From: Lama guanicoe
Lineage: Eukaryota
DNA: 64,000 nt
Reading direction: 5' to 3'
Assembly (NCBI GenBank): GCA_013239625.1
Contig: MU053823.1
Location: 23,698 to 87,697, forward strand
Shown here: positions 11,901 to 23,308 of the stretch, piece after piece
Layout of the letters: the number at the start of each line of letters is the position of its first letter
Numbering within the stretch: the stretch's first letter is position 1
Position numbers and translations under genes: made by a program
The notes under the pieces: generated by a model
Seen by the model: the letters and a program-made list of their open reading frames with translations, nothing else
The model's database searches: none
What the model was told of the DNA's origin: nothing

Positions 11901-14900
11901 TGTATGGAGCCTTCTCCACTTCACAAAGTTTCAAGGGCGGAAAGGATGAGGAAGAAAGGAGACAGCAAGGTAACATAATACATGCAAGTGTAAGGGGAGA
12001 CGGCCCAGGACTAGCCGTGGGCTCACTGCGTTTAGCCGCTGCGCGTCACACTGGCTCCCGTTAGAGGTTCTAGGTCAGTATTCTCGAGTCCTGTTCTCCC
12101 GATTTCCGACGTAAGCCTTGGAGTCTCCTCTAGGTGCCTACCCTTATTTATCTCTCCCCTTCAGGCAATAATCCACTTGTCACTCCCTTGGATCTAATCT
12201 ATTATCTGTTTCCTCCCATAGTCTTTGATCTCCCTTAGCTCTCCTAAATTCCGTCTCTCCAGGGACATTTTAGAAAGAACTAACTCTTCCCTGAAAGTCA
12301 GTGTCCTCAGGGAAGAGACCATTACAAGCCGTCTGAAAACTGGGTCACACAACTTAATCACCAGGGAGAGTATAAAAAGTTAAAGTAGAAATGGGCCTGT
12401 AGGACTCTGGAACATTTAAGACAGCATTTTAACATTTCTGACACTAAAATTTTTAACAGGTGACTCAAAGCAAGTGTTCTTTTGGGGGGGGGGTAACTAG
12501 GTGTGTTTGTTTATTTATTTATTTACTTACTTACTTACTTCTTTGGAGGCCCTGGGAATTGAGCCCAGGGCCTCGTGCATGCTGAGTGTGCAGGCTACCA
12601 CTGAGCTATACCCTCCCCCAAAGCAAGTGTTCTTTTAATTGAGGAATATTAGAAAAATGTAAAAAGGAATAGATAATATAAATAAATAGATATCTGCAGA
12701 TAAGTTAGAAAATCTTTACTTGCCAAGGCTCTTGGCTCTAATAACACAATTTAGAAAATAATTTATATATAGCTAACATACTATAAACCAAGTGAGAATA
12801 AAAGGGATCTTATAATTAAGTCACTTATACAGGTTGTCTAAGCACAATTTCAGGTAGAATTACTGAAGTGTGAATTGTCAGAGCTGATTTAATTTTGGAA
12901 GCTGTAGCTCAGTGTTTCCCAAGAATTTTTTGTGTTAATAAGCCTCTCTTTGATTATGTTTCCCTGTGAATTCCATGTTTTTAAAGAGGTCTGGCTCATA
13001 GGCATAGAATACAAACTTGTGGTTGCCAAGGGGGCTGGGGGGTAGGAAGGCACAGGTTGGGATTTCAAAATGTAAACTAGATAAACAAGATTATACCGTA
13101 TAGCACAGAGAAATATATACAAGATCTTGTGGTAGCTCACAGCAAAAAAAAAAATGCGACAATGAATATATATGTATGTTCATGTATAATTGAAAAATTG
13201 TGCTCTACACTGGAATTTGACACAACATTGTAAAATGACTATAACTCAATAAAAAATGTTAAAAAATAAAAAAAGTTTAAAATGCAAACTCAAATAACTC
13301 TTCCTTGGATTCCATACATTTGGTCCAAGTTGGAGATGATTGTTTTACGCAACAGTAAAGCAGAGAGCTTCATGTCCAAGAGTAGAATTGTCTTATATCA
13401 CCAGTACTGAAAATGTTGCCTGGCACAAAATAGAGCCTCAAAAAATAAAAAATATCTTGGAGGAATGAAGGCCATCTTTTTTAGACAAAATTCCTGGACT
13501 GACTTCTTACAACAGGGCATCTGCTTCATTTTTGTAGAGCAGTTGACAATTTTCAAAACATCTTCCCATCGATCTCACTTGANNNNNNNNNNNNNNNNNN
13601 NNNNNNNNNNNNNNNNNNNNNNNNNNNNNNNNNNNNNNNNNNNNNNNNNNNNNNNNNNNNNNNNNNNNNNNNNNNNNNNNNNNNNNNNNNNNNNNNNNNN
13701 NNNNNNNNNNNNNNNNNNNNNNNNNNNNNNNNNNNNNNNNNNNNNNNNNNNNNNNNNNNNNNNNNNNNNNNNNNNNNNNNNNNNNNNNNNNNNNNNNNNN
13801 NNNNNNNNNNNNNNNNNNNNNNNNNNNNNNNNNNNNNNNNNNNNNNNNNNNNNNNNNNNNNNNNNNNNNNNNNNNNNNNNNNNNNNNNNNNNNNNNNNNN
13901 NNNNNNNNNNNNNNNNNNNNNNNNNNNNNNNNNNNNNNNNNNNNNNNNNNNNNNNNNNNNNNNNNNNNNNNNNNNNNNNNNNNNNNNNNNNNNNNNNNNN
14001 NNNNNNNNNNNNNNNNNNNNNNNNNNNNNNNNNNNNNNNNNNNNNNNNNNNNNNNNNNNNNNNNNNNNNNNNNNNNNNNNNNNNNNNNNNNNNNNNNNNN
14101 NNNNNNNNNNNNNNNNNNNNNNNNNNNNNNNNNNNNNNNNNNNNNNNNNNNNNNNNNNNNNNNNNNNNNNNNNNNNNNNNNNNNNNNNNNNNNNNNNNNN
14201 NNNNNNNNNNNNNNNNNNNNNNNNNNNNNNNNNNNNNNNNNNNNNNNNNNNNNNNNNNNNNNNNNNNNNNNNNNNNNNNNNNNNNNNNNNNNNNNNNNNN
14301 NNNNNNNNNNNNNNNNNNNNNNNNNNNNNNNNNNNNNNNNNNNNNTGTTTGTTTATTTATTTATTTACTTACTTACTTACTTCTTTGGAGGCCCTGGGAA
14401 TTGAGCCCAGGGCCTCGTGCATGCTGAGTGTGCAGGCTACCACTGAGCTATACCCTCCCCCAAAGCAAGTGTTCTTTTAATTGAGGAATATTAGAAAAAT
14501 GTAAAAAGGAATAGATAATATAAATAAATAGATATCTGCAGATAAGTTAGAAAATCTTTACTTGCCAAGGCTCTTGGCTCTAATAACACAATTTAGAAAA
14601 TAATTTATATATAGCTAACATACTATAAACCAAGTGAGAATAAAAGGGATCTTATAATTAAGTCACTTATACAGGTTGTCTAAGCACAATTTCAGGTAGA
14701 ATTACTGAAGTGTGAATTGTCAGAGCTGATTTAATTTTGGAAGCTGTAGCTCAGTGTTTCCCAAGAATTTTTTGTGTTAATAAGCCTCTCTTTGATTATG
14801 TTTCCCTGTGAATTCCATGTTTTTAAAGAGGTCTGGCTCATAGGCATAGAATACAAACTTGTGGTTGCCAAGGGGGCTGGGGGGTAGGAAGGCACAGGTT

Positions 14901-17900
14901 GGGATTTCAAAATGTAAACTAGATAAACAAGATTATACCGTATAGCACAGAGAAATATATACAAGATCTTGTGGTAGCTCACAGCAAAAAAAAAAATGCG
15001 ACAATGAATATATATGTATGTTCATGTATAATTGAAAAATTGTGCTCTACACTGGAATTTGACACAACATTGTAAAATGACTATAACTCAATAAAAAATG
15101 TTAAAAAATAAAAAAAGTTTAAAAAAGAGGTCTGGAAGCAAAAATACATAGATAAAGTAATGATTAATTTGCGATCCTACTTTAATTAATATCATCACGA
15201 CTTTTGATGAACATGAAATACACAGCACATTGTTATTGATATGATTACAGGGAAAATAAAGATATTTGCCAGTTTTTAGACCATGCAGTATTGTAGACAC
15301 AAGTTCATGTTATGTTGTCCTCACTGAAATACTGAAAATAATATGCAAACTCATAAAATAACTCTTCCTTGGATTCCATACATTTGGTCCAAGTTGGAGA
15401 TGATTGTTTTACGCAACAGTAAAGCAGAGAGCTTCATGTCCAAGAGTAGAATTGTCTTATATCACCAGTACTGAAAATGTTGCCTGGCACAAAATAGAGC
15501 CTCAAAAAATAAAAAATATCTTGGAGGAATGAAGGCCATCTTTTTTAGACAAAATTCCTGGACTGACTTCTTACAACAGGGCATCTGCTTCATTTTTGTA
15601 GAGCAGTTGACAATTTTCAAAACATCTTCCCATCGATCTCACTTGACTCTTAGACCCATCCTTTGTACACAAGACAGGAGTAAATATTTTTATTTCATTG
15701 ATGGGCAGACTCTCAGTTGGATCTGAGATTCCATCCTGCGGGACCCTCCTCTAGAAGATGGCTGGTAAATATTCTCTCCTGCCCCTGTCCTCAGCCTGAA
15801 TCTAACTGTTCTCATGCGATCCGAGCCACCTTTGCTTTTTGCACCAGATGAACTCAATGGAGTTAATCAAGTATATTTTCATAATGTCACAGATGCTTGC
15901 CAGGGTTCATCTTGGCATAAACTGGCTCTGCAACTTTCTTGTGTGGGGATGCTTCTTCTCATCCTGACTGTGATCGGGCTGAGTGTTTCAGGTAAGTGAT
16001 GCAAGATCATGCATTCCTTGCCCTACATATTATTCCACTTCTACTATAAATATGAAAGTATGTTCACGTAATTTGGCCACCCCCAACCTAGTGGAAGACC
16101 AGCGAGATAAAACCAGTTACAAAACAATGCTTCTAAGAGTGCTCCGCCCGAACCTACTTTGCAAACTCGAACTTTTTACATTTCTCTTCCTGTTTCGATG
16201 GTCTTTATGGAGGATTTGTATTTCGCATGTACTTCAAGAGCTTTAAAAAAATCACAATGATGGTAAGATGTGACAATAACAAAGAAAACACCAATTTCCA
16301 ATTATTTACAGTTTCTTAAGTGCCTGTAAAATTCCAGATTGTCTTAGGCAGTCTCTCCCATGGGAGAGCCACAATTATGCTCCTTTTGACAATGGAAAGT
16401 TCAGGCAGAAGGGTAGACAACTTAAGAGTTCAAGTAACACCTCTGAGTTTACTTTTCTAGTCGATGACAGGTAACTCAGTATCTGCGCGTGTTCACTTTC
16501 CTGAAGTGAGAAATACAACACATCCATTTCACCACATGTTTCAGCTTTAATCTTCATGGTTTCTCCTTATTTACTAGTGATGTTCTTAAGACAAAAGTCC
16601 TCAATAGAAAGAAGCAGTGTGATTGTTCAAGAGAGCAGGAATGAAACAACAGGTATGTTTCATGGCTTGAATTTCTTAAGAATAACCACTAAAATTTGTA
16701 CGTATCCCGCACTGCCTTAGTTAAGGCTCATAACAACCCGTACGTTAATACAGTGTTATCACTGATTTTACGTTTGACAAAAGTGAGGCGTGGAAAGGTT
16801 CAGCAACTCACTCAGGGTCACACAAGCCCTAAGTGGTGACACTGGGGACTGTCCTTAGGTGGTCTAACTGTACAGCCTGTCACCTTAAGCACCAAAGCAT
16901 CTGTCTTAGGAGAGACTGCTGCTAGGATATTCAATAACTAATAGGCAAAAACAAGCTAAAAAGTAAAATATGCATTTAGATGGAATATCTGGTGATTTTA
17001 ATGAACATGACAAACAGCCAACTTTGGTCCAAAGTTAATCGATGGAACAAAAACATAGAATAAATTCTTTAATATTTATCATATCAATCATTAAGGCGTT
17101 GTTCTCACACTTACTAAGTAGTGTGTGTTAATAAAGACACTGTTGTTGAGTGACGGTAGCAGAATGTGTTCATTCATTATACACATCCTTACAGAACAGA
17201 AATTTTAAGAAAGCTGAAAATTCCTTCCAGAAAATGCTAACCAGTAGATCACGTTAATAGGCAAATATATAATCTAGCAATTAGAACTTTTATTATGATT
17301 TTTTCTCCATGATTTTTTAATTTAAATTAGTGCATTGGATTATTATTTGCTTTTCATTTTGCATGTCATTTAAAGTAGATATTTTTTATATAAGTTTGAT
17401 ATTGTTGTCTCTGCAAGAAGCACTGATGATGAATTTAAGGAAACTCAGAAATAGTGTTTTGATTCCACCAGCCTCTGATTGTGTGGATTGGAACAAGTTA
17501 TTCTGTCTTTCAGTGTTTTTACTGGTCACCAATTTCTAAACCTTAGTACCAGAATGAACAATAGGTCTCAAAACTCTCAAAATTATAGTAAATTTATTAA
17601 TTCTCACAGTGATGATCAAAGACTTCCCTGCCTTTCTAATGACTTGCGCATGTGTGATTAGTCATAGCGGTGTGCTGACAGGTTAGAAATATAACAGTCA
17701 TTTATTTCTTCTTTCTCTTTCTTACTTTACAAGCGAGACCACCTCTGTTAAAGTGTCCAACAAATTGGCGTCCACTCCGAGATAAATGCCTGTTTTTTTA
17801 TCACAGTTCCAAACCCTGGAATGACAGTCTAGCCGACTGTTTCACAAAAGAGTCCAGTCTGCTGCTAATCCAAGATCAAGAAGAACTGGTAAATAATTAA

Positions 17901-20900
17901 GTCAAATACTTCAGTATGACTTAGCACTTTCTTGTAACCATATCAAGACTTGGTGCTTTAGCCGAAGGGGTCTGTGCAGATGGAAGTAGTAACTTTGACT
18001 TCAAGAAGCTCACAGTCTGAGAGACTACACAGACCTGTAAGCAAATAATTAAATATAACTTAATGAATTACAACAGTATAAATATAGGGAAAGAAATATC
18101 ACAAAGAAGGAATAATTAACTCCGATGAGGAGATAGGATAGGCTTCATAAGGGCGGTGATACTTGAACTGGGTTTTATAAGATGAGTGAAAAATGCAAAC
18201 CATGAACAGATAAACAGATTCAATATTCAGTTCTTTCTCCTGTTTCATTATTTAGAGACTCATACAAAGTATGATAGACAAAGGAGTTCTGTTCTGGATT
18301 GGATTAAATTTTACGCTATCAGAGAAGAACTGGAAGTGGATAAATGGCTCCTTTTTGAATTCTAACATGTGAGTATTAGATAAGCTAATTTGAGTACTCA
18401 ACACAGATCAGCTTTACATTGCAAGATAGTAACGTTGTTCTTGAAGACTGAGTTTTGTAGTTTTAATTTAGTCTAGAAATGTTCAAGAGGTGCAGAATAG
18501 TCTGAGAAGAAGAATGACTCTGACGTTGGTTGAAAAGTTCCTTCAGCTCTTTATAACAATATATATTTTTACCTGCAATGGAGTTTTAGGAACTATGGAA
18601 TAGACCTTTGGGAGGGGCACACACAAACGTTCTTTAAGTAAACAATTTTAAAATTAAGAAATGTTGAGCTCAAGCTGTTGGCACGAAGAATTGTTTTAAG
18701 TCGTGTTTGTCACACTGTGGGGCTGGATAAGTTAGTGGGTCACCACCAGCACTGGAACAAGGAATAGCAGACGACAAAATGTAATGAGTGTCAGAGTGTG
18801 CAAAGCAGACACTTAAGAGAAACTACCCACATTGTGATAAATGCTGTGACCTATTTTAACACGTGGTATAAAAGAGTTGTTTGAGGACCTGTGAGGAAAA
18901 TGCGTAAGCCACAAAAGAGCTATTTGCTGTTTCCTATCTGTTGTCTCATAGTTTCCCATCTCATATGGGAAGAGAACCATCAGTATTATAGGAAGCTTGA
19001 TGCTACATTAAATGACATATTGTAACAGACTTCATGGTCTCTTGTACAGCAAAGGGCAAGACATTTTTTCCCCCAAAACCAAAAGTGAGCAAGCATCCAA
19101 CCAAGTTTCTAAAAAATAAAAACTTTTAATGAGCATTTTCCCAGAGCAGATGATACTGTGTTACATTTCGTGAATCTGGGAATGACCATTCACATTCATA
19201 TAAATCACAGTTAAAATGGATGTTTTATCATTTGAAAAACAAGAGGCTAAAACTTCAAACAAAGGAGCATGTTCGTTTATCCAAGATATAGTAATAATTT
19301 ATTATTATGGAGAAGTAATAAACAGTGAAAGAAATGTTGGTTTAATTAGCAAATTTTGACATGTTTGCTTCATGTTCTAAAATATTTCTTAAAAGGTAAC
19401 ACTTTTAAATGAAGAGTCTTTTAAAACGTTGCAGGCTAGAATAAATGTACAAAAAGGCAAACATTTTGTTAAAATCTACCCTGACTTTTATATGCTTTTT
19501 AGGGATGATTTTCTGTAATTCATTTCCAAATGAATGCAACTCTGATATTAACTTTTTTTTTTTGTACATAGTAAAGTTTACTTTTAGGGGGTATGTTTTC
19601 TTACTGGGCCATTATGTTTTATTTTATTAAGGTTTATAATAAAATTGGAAAACACTGATGTGTCTCTGAGCAAAAATATAAACAAAGTGGTTGTATTCAA
19701 ATCTGTTGAACATTCCATTTCATTCTGAGGGTAAAAATGACGATTTGATGAAGACACTAGTGATCAGATAAACCTGAAAGGTATTATATTGTTACCGAAC
19801 TCGGGTCTGGCTGCCTGCGGCTCAAAAAATCCATACTCAATAGAGGGAAATGTTGGTGGAAAAGAAAGTTGCTTTTAATCAGAACGCCGGCGGTCCGGGG
19901 AGATGGTGGACTCAGTGACCCCCAAAAACCATCGGCAAAGATTCTGCTCAGCTGTGAAAGTTCTTAAAGGGAAAAGGGGAAGTGATCTGAGTTGATCAGT
20001 GAGACAGGAGGTCAGAGCCATCGCCACCCCCACCGCGTGCAGGCTTGCCGGCTCCCCGCCGTCTCTCGTCAGACGCTGGCTTGTGCACACCTTCTGTGCA
20101 CGCCTGTCTCTTGATGAGGTTGCTGAAGGGGACGCTGGGGAAGAGAGTGGCCATCTGTTCGTGACTTATTCTCCGTTTCTACTGCTTTGATCTACAGAAG
20201 ATCAAAGGAAAAACCCAAGTTAGGCAAGGTATTGTGCGATCCAAAGATCTGAAGGCTGTGCTCAGGGAGAGGAGTAGCATGTGGGGGCTGCGGGTTTAAG
20301 GTTGGTGACAAAGGGATTTCCTGCTGAGGGCTGTTTCCACTGAAGAGCTGCTCACAACGTTACAGCAGAAAATGGGTCAGTGAGACTCTGCTTTTATTTG
20401 AGACTCTGCTTTTAGTTTAATTGTCAGCCCTGGTTTTCAGGTAAAGAGAAACATAAAGGGTGGTACTAATTTCTTTCACAGGACGGTTTGGGGGATTGAA
20501 TGAAATGATGGAAGAGAGCAAGGCAGAGACGGATCAGGGAAGCCTAGGAAGTCAGAGAGACCTTTTGGAAAGGGAGTCAATGTCTTGGCCAGATGAGCAT
20601 TAAGCATTTATCCTGAAAAGTGAAGAAAGGACCAGAGGGCGGGAGAGATACAACGTGGGGCCCTTCTGCAATAGTTCCGTTGACAGAAGATCCTGATGGG
20701 ACTGGAGTGCGGGGCACGAGGAGAGAATCAGACCGGCTGCTCAGGGTGGAGAGGCTCCGTGAAGAAATGGAACAAAGAAAGAAAGAAAAGCCGTGGGGGG
20801 GGGGGGGAGGGGAGGGAAGCAGCTCGGTGGCAGGGTGCATGCTTAGTATGCAGGGGGTCCCGGGTTCAACCCCCAGTGCCTCCATTAAAATAAGAGTGTG

Positions 20901-21867
20901 ACGGTAAACCCAATTACCTCTCCCCTAAAAAACAAAGCAAAGCAAAAAAAGGGGGACAAAAAAAGAGAGGAATAAAGGATGCCTTTTCAAAAGAAAGAAA
21001 GAAAGAAAGAAAATGGACCGCTGCCACCAGGTTGTTTTCTGTCTGAGACAACAGGTGGATGTCTTGCACTCACCCCCTCCCGGCACCCGGCCCCAACTTG
21101 CCATCCTATTGTGCGACCTCTACTGCCCCCTCCCCCTCCCCACCCCCACCACAGCGAACCACAGGACTCTTGCTTCTTTGGAACTAACAGTATATATACT
21201 GCAACAGACACCCACCAACCACTTGGGATGGGAAGAAAAAGGAACCTCCGTCTACATACTACGTGAAGTGAGCCTCTTTTTCCGGCTCACGTTCACATTC
21301 TGGAGACCCTGCGTGTGCACCACCCTCTGTGTGCTCATTACATTTACTGAGCACGTCCTTTGTTTACGCGTGAGCGTGCTTTCACTCGCAACATCTCAAT
21401 GCCTCCCCAAATATCAGGCGGTTATATCCTACGTATTTAAGATAACTTTCCACGTGACATGTTAATAGTAGAATGAGATTCAATTCTCAGTTTCCAAAGC
21501 TTCTCTTTTGAATATATCATTATGACTTGTCTTGTTAGAACAATTCTTTTTCAGAGACGCTGGGTTTTCAAGTTCCAGAGGTTGCTATTAGCTTTACATT
21601 AAACGTTTATATCATTATATTCATGACTGTGTACTTATTCCATGTTTAATAATTGCGTTATAGAAAATACAGGCTGGAGGAGGAGAATTGTGTGAGAACC
21701 ACAAACACTAAGGAGAAGCTTTCCTTTTGCTCCACAGATTGCAAATCACTGGTGATGCTAAAGAAAACAGCTGTGTTTACATCTCATACTCACAAATTCT
21801 TTCCGAGAACTGTGATGCAGAAATTAAATGGATCTGCCAAAAAGAACTGAAGTGCTGTCAGAAATAA
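8848..21867 (+). CDS. KLRB1: Killer cell lectin-like receptor B1 (CD161/NKR-P1A), whole gene span; 6 coding exons, 657 nt, 218 aa
   Basis: Manual splicing of 8848-8932, 15893-15991, 16578-16652, 17734-17888, 18256-18368 and 21738-21867 (all GT-AG, phases consistent) gives [12 protein letters not shown]...[27 protein letters not shown]...LKCPTNW...[25 protein letters not shown]...[12 protein letters not shown]. This is a type II membrane C-type lectin closely matching human KLRB1. Confidence 0.96.
10261..10710 (-). mobile_element. ERV1 solo LTR in KLRB1 intron 1, antisense; related to 330-993
   Basis: GTCGACTGAAAAAATATGCA...CATCTCAAGTTAATG...TATGGGAAGACGCAAGAGTCTG is the reverse complement of motifs in 730-990. 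Confidence 0.7.
10940..11500 (+). mobile_element. LINE-2 remnant (orientation not firmly assigned)
   Basis: GATACAGCAGTGAACAAA...purine-rich...GGAAACCAGTAGGAGATGAAGTTAGAGAAG, a pattern typical of L2. Confidence 0.55.
12484..12618 (-). mobile_element. Vic-1-type SINE with TSD
   Basis: Full tRNA-like head; TSD CAAAGCAAGTGTTCTTT at 12466 and 12619. Confidence 0.92.
13583..14345. other. Assembly gap (763 N)
   Basis: Run of N. Confidence 1.
14837..15120 (+). mobile_element. LINE-1 3' UTR fragment (duplicate at about 12995-13278)
   Basis: ...GACACAACATTGTAAAATGACTATAACTCAATAAAAAA; TSD AAAGAGGTCTGG at 14825 and 15124. Confidence 0.88.
15893..15991 (+). CDS. KLRB1: KLRB1 exon 2 (transmembrane)
   Basis: cag| [33 protein letters not shown] |gtaagt; 99 nt. 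Confidence 0.95.
16578..16652 (+). CDS. KLRB1: KLRB1 exon 3 (stalk)
   Basis: tag| [25 protein letters not shown] |gtatgt; 75 nt. Confidence 0.93.
17734..17888 (+). CDS. KLRB1: KLRB1 exon 4 (CTLD part 1)
   Basis: aag| [52 protein letters not shown] |gtaaat; 155 nt. Confidence 0.95.
18256..18368 (+). CDS. KLRB1: KLRB1 exon 5 (CTLD part 2, WIGL motif)
   Basis: tag| [37 protein letters not shown] |gtgagt; 113 nt. Confidence 0.95.
19790..20363 (-). mobile_element. ERV solo LTR in KLRB1 intron 5, antisense
   Basis: TGTTACC...TTACA termini, GC/CpG-rich, similar to 5124-5638. Confidence 0.6.
20805..20945 (+). mobile_element. Vic-1-type SINE
   Basis: AGCTCGGTGG...GCATGCTTAGTATGC...GGGTTCAACCCCCAGTGCCTCCATTAAAA...AATTACCTCTCCCC plus A-rich tail. 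Confidence 0.85.
21738..21867 (+). CDS. KLRB1: KLRB1 exon 6 (CTLD part 3, stop)
   Basis: cag| [43 protein letters not shown], then TAA at 21865-21867. Confidence 0.94.
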
Positions 21868-21987
21868 AGTATGTGTTGTGTCCCGTCAATACAGGCCCCT
21901 CTCCATTTCTTTAATTTCCATTTCAGGTCTCTGTAATTTTAACTCTCTATACTGTGAGAATGGCTTAATGTGCATTTCATGGTACAA

Positions 21988-21993
21988 AATAAA
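21988..21993 (+). promoter_or_regulatory. Candidate KLRB1 polyadenylation signal
   Basis: AATAAA about 120 nt after the stop; further AATAAA near 22076 and 22191, and one overlapping the stop codon. Confidence 0.45.
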
Positions 21994-22719
21994 CTAACAC
22001 AAAATTCTAACTATTGTAAATCTTCCAGAAGTTTGCGTTTAACTTTCATGTAAAAGTTTCTAACGGATGGACCAAAATAAAATTTTAATTCCTGTTTCCC
22101 ATGCATGTTGATATATAATACTTGTTAATATAAAATTTTGAACATATCAAAAATTCAAAGTATAGTTCATTTTGTGCCAATTACTTAGGAAATAAATTAT
22201 TTATAAAAGCATTCTAGATAAGAGTATTGTCACCAAATAATATAGGATAAAAGTGAGATTTTGAAGCATTTTGTAACTTTGGGGGAAAAGATCTGTAAAG
22301 AAGAGAAATCTTAAAAAAAAAAAAAAACTCCCACATTGACAACATACATCCCTACCTCTTTCGAATGATGTTAAAAATCAACCTTCTGAGGCAGATCAGG
22401 ATAAAGCTAAGTCCATCCAGTTAGTCCAGAATTTTTTCCAAATACGGAGTCTTCCTTCTCTCATGCTTGGTAGATCTGGAATCAAGCACCCTTAAAACAC
22501 ACATCTGTTAGAAACTTTTACCATGAAACCAAGCCCAAGACGTTAGTTTCTGTCACTGTCATTTGCTGGTGCGTGCGGTCTTAGATAAGTAAACTTACCC
22601 TTGATACTGCTGAGATCATCTCAGAAACTCAAACTAACAAGATGCTATTTCATGGGGAAGGCGTGTCTAACCATATTCTAGGCAGATTAAAAAAACATTA
22701 GCTCTAAGAGAAAGTTTTC

Positions 22720-22808
22720 TCTTTTTTTTTGATGGCATGACTGGGGATTGAACCCAAGACCTTGTACATGCTAAGCATGTGCTCTACCACTGAGCTATAC
22801 CCACCCCT
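22720..22808 (-). mobile_element. Vic-1-type SINE (short)
   Basis: CTGGGGATTGAACCCAAGACCTTGTACATGCTAAGCATGTGCTCTACCACTGAGCTATACCC. Confidence 0.87.
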
Positions 22809-23282
22809 CTACCTCAAGGGGAAAGTTTTGGCTGCAGTGTTTGTGTCAGTGTTTCTTGACTGCAACTCCAAGTCATGTCAGCTTCCTGTGTTAGTCAAGA
22901 CCTGCCAGCTTCCTTTCCTCTGCACAGCTCAGGCTCCGGGTGCTGACTCCTGACCGTTCTCCAAACACGTCCTGACGCTGCATGACTTCATGGTTGTCCC
23001 ACAAGCGTAAGACGCTCTTTCCCCACAACCCCTTTGCTCTCTGCATAGAAAAAAACCTAGTGATTGTGGGGGGCTTGAATCAAATGTTAATTTCCTTCTG
23101 GATGGTTCCTCAAATCTCTCGTCTCAAAATGTTTCATCTATTTCTTCCCCCTTTTCTAAAGTAAGATTTAGTGTCTCCTTTGCTGCATTATAATTTGTTG
23201 TTTCCATGACTGTAAAGCTGGTTCCATTCCTCTCCTGGCTAGAGATGGGTATGTACCAAGACAGAACAATGAAAGGAAGAGA

Positions 23283-23308
23283 ATTTAATTTAATTTAATT
23301 TAATTTAA
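23283..23308. repeat. (TTTAA)n microsatellite
   Basis: About 5 tandem pentamer units. Confidence 0.85.

Larger units (their letters stand above)
12504..15646. repeat. Near-identical direct duplication (12504-13582 vs 14346-15646) flanking an assembly gap
   Basis: Identical ORF-track peptides at offsets of 1842 and 2064; the copies differ by 219-bp and 3-bp indels. Confidence 0.95.

Noticed and set aside
13465..14427. 320-aa ORF
   Set aside because: Artefact of translating through the N gap.
12889..14982. Two identical 83-aa ORFs suggesting a duplicated gene
   Set aside because: They are antisense readings of an L1 3' UTR within the gap-flanking duplication.
21850..21867. KLRB1 as a pseudogene because of the apparent frameshift
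   Set aside because: The shift lies after the last CTLD cysteine in the final exon. All six CTLD Cys, the WIGL motif and the splice sites are intact.
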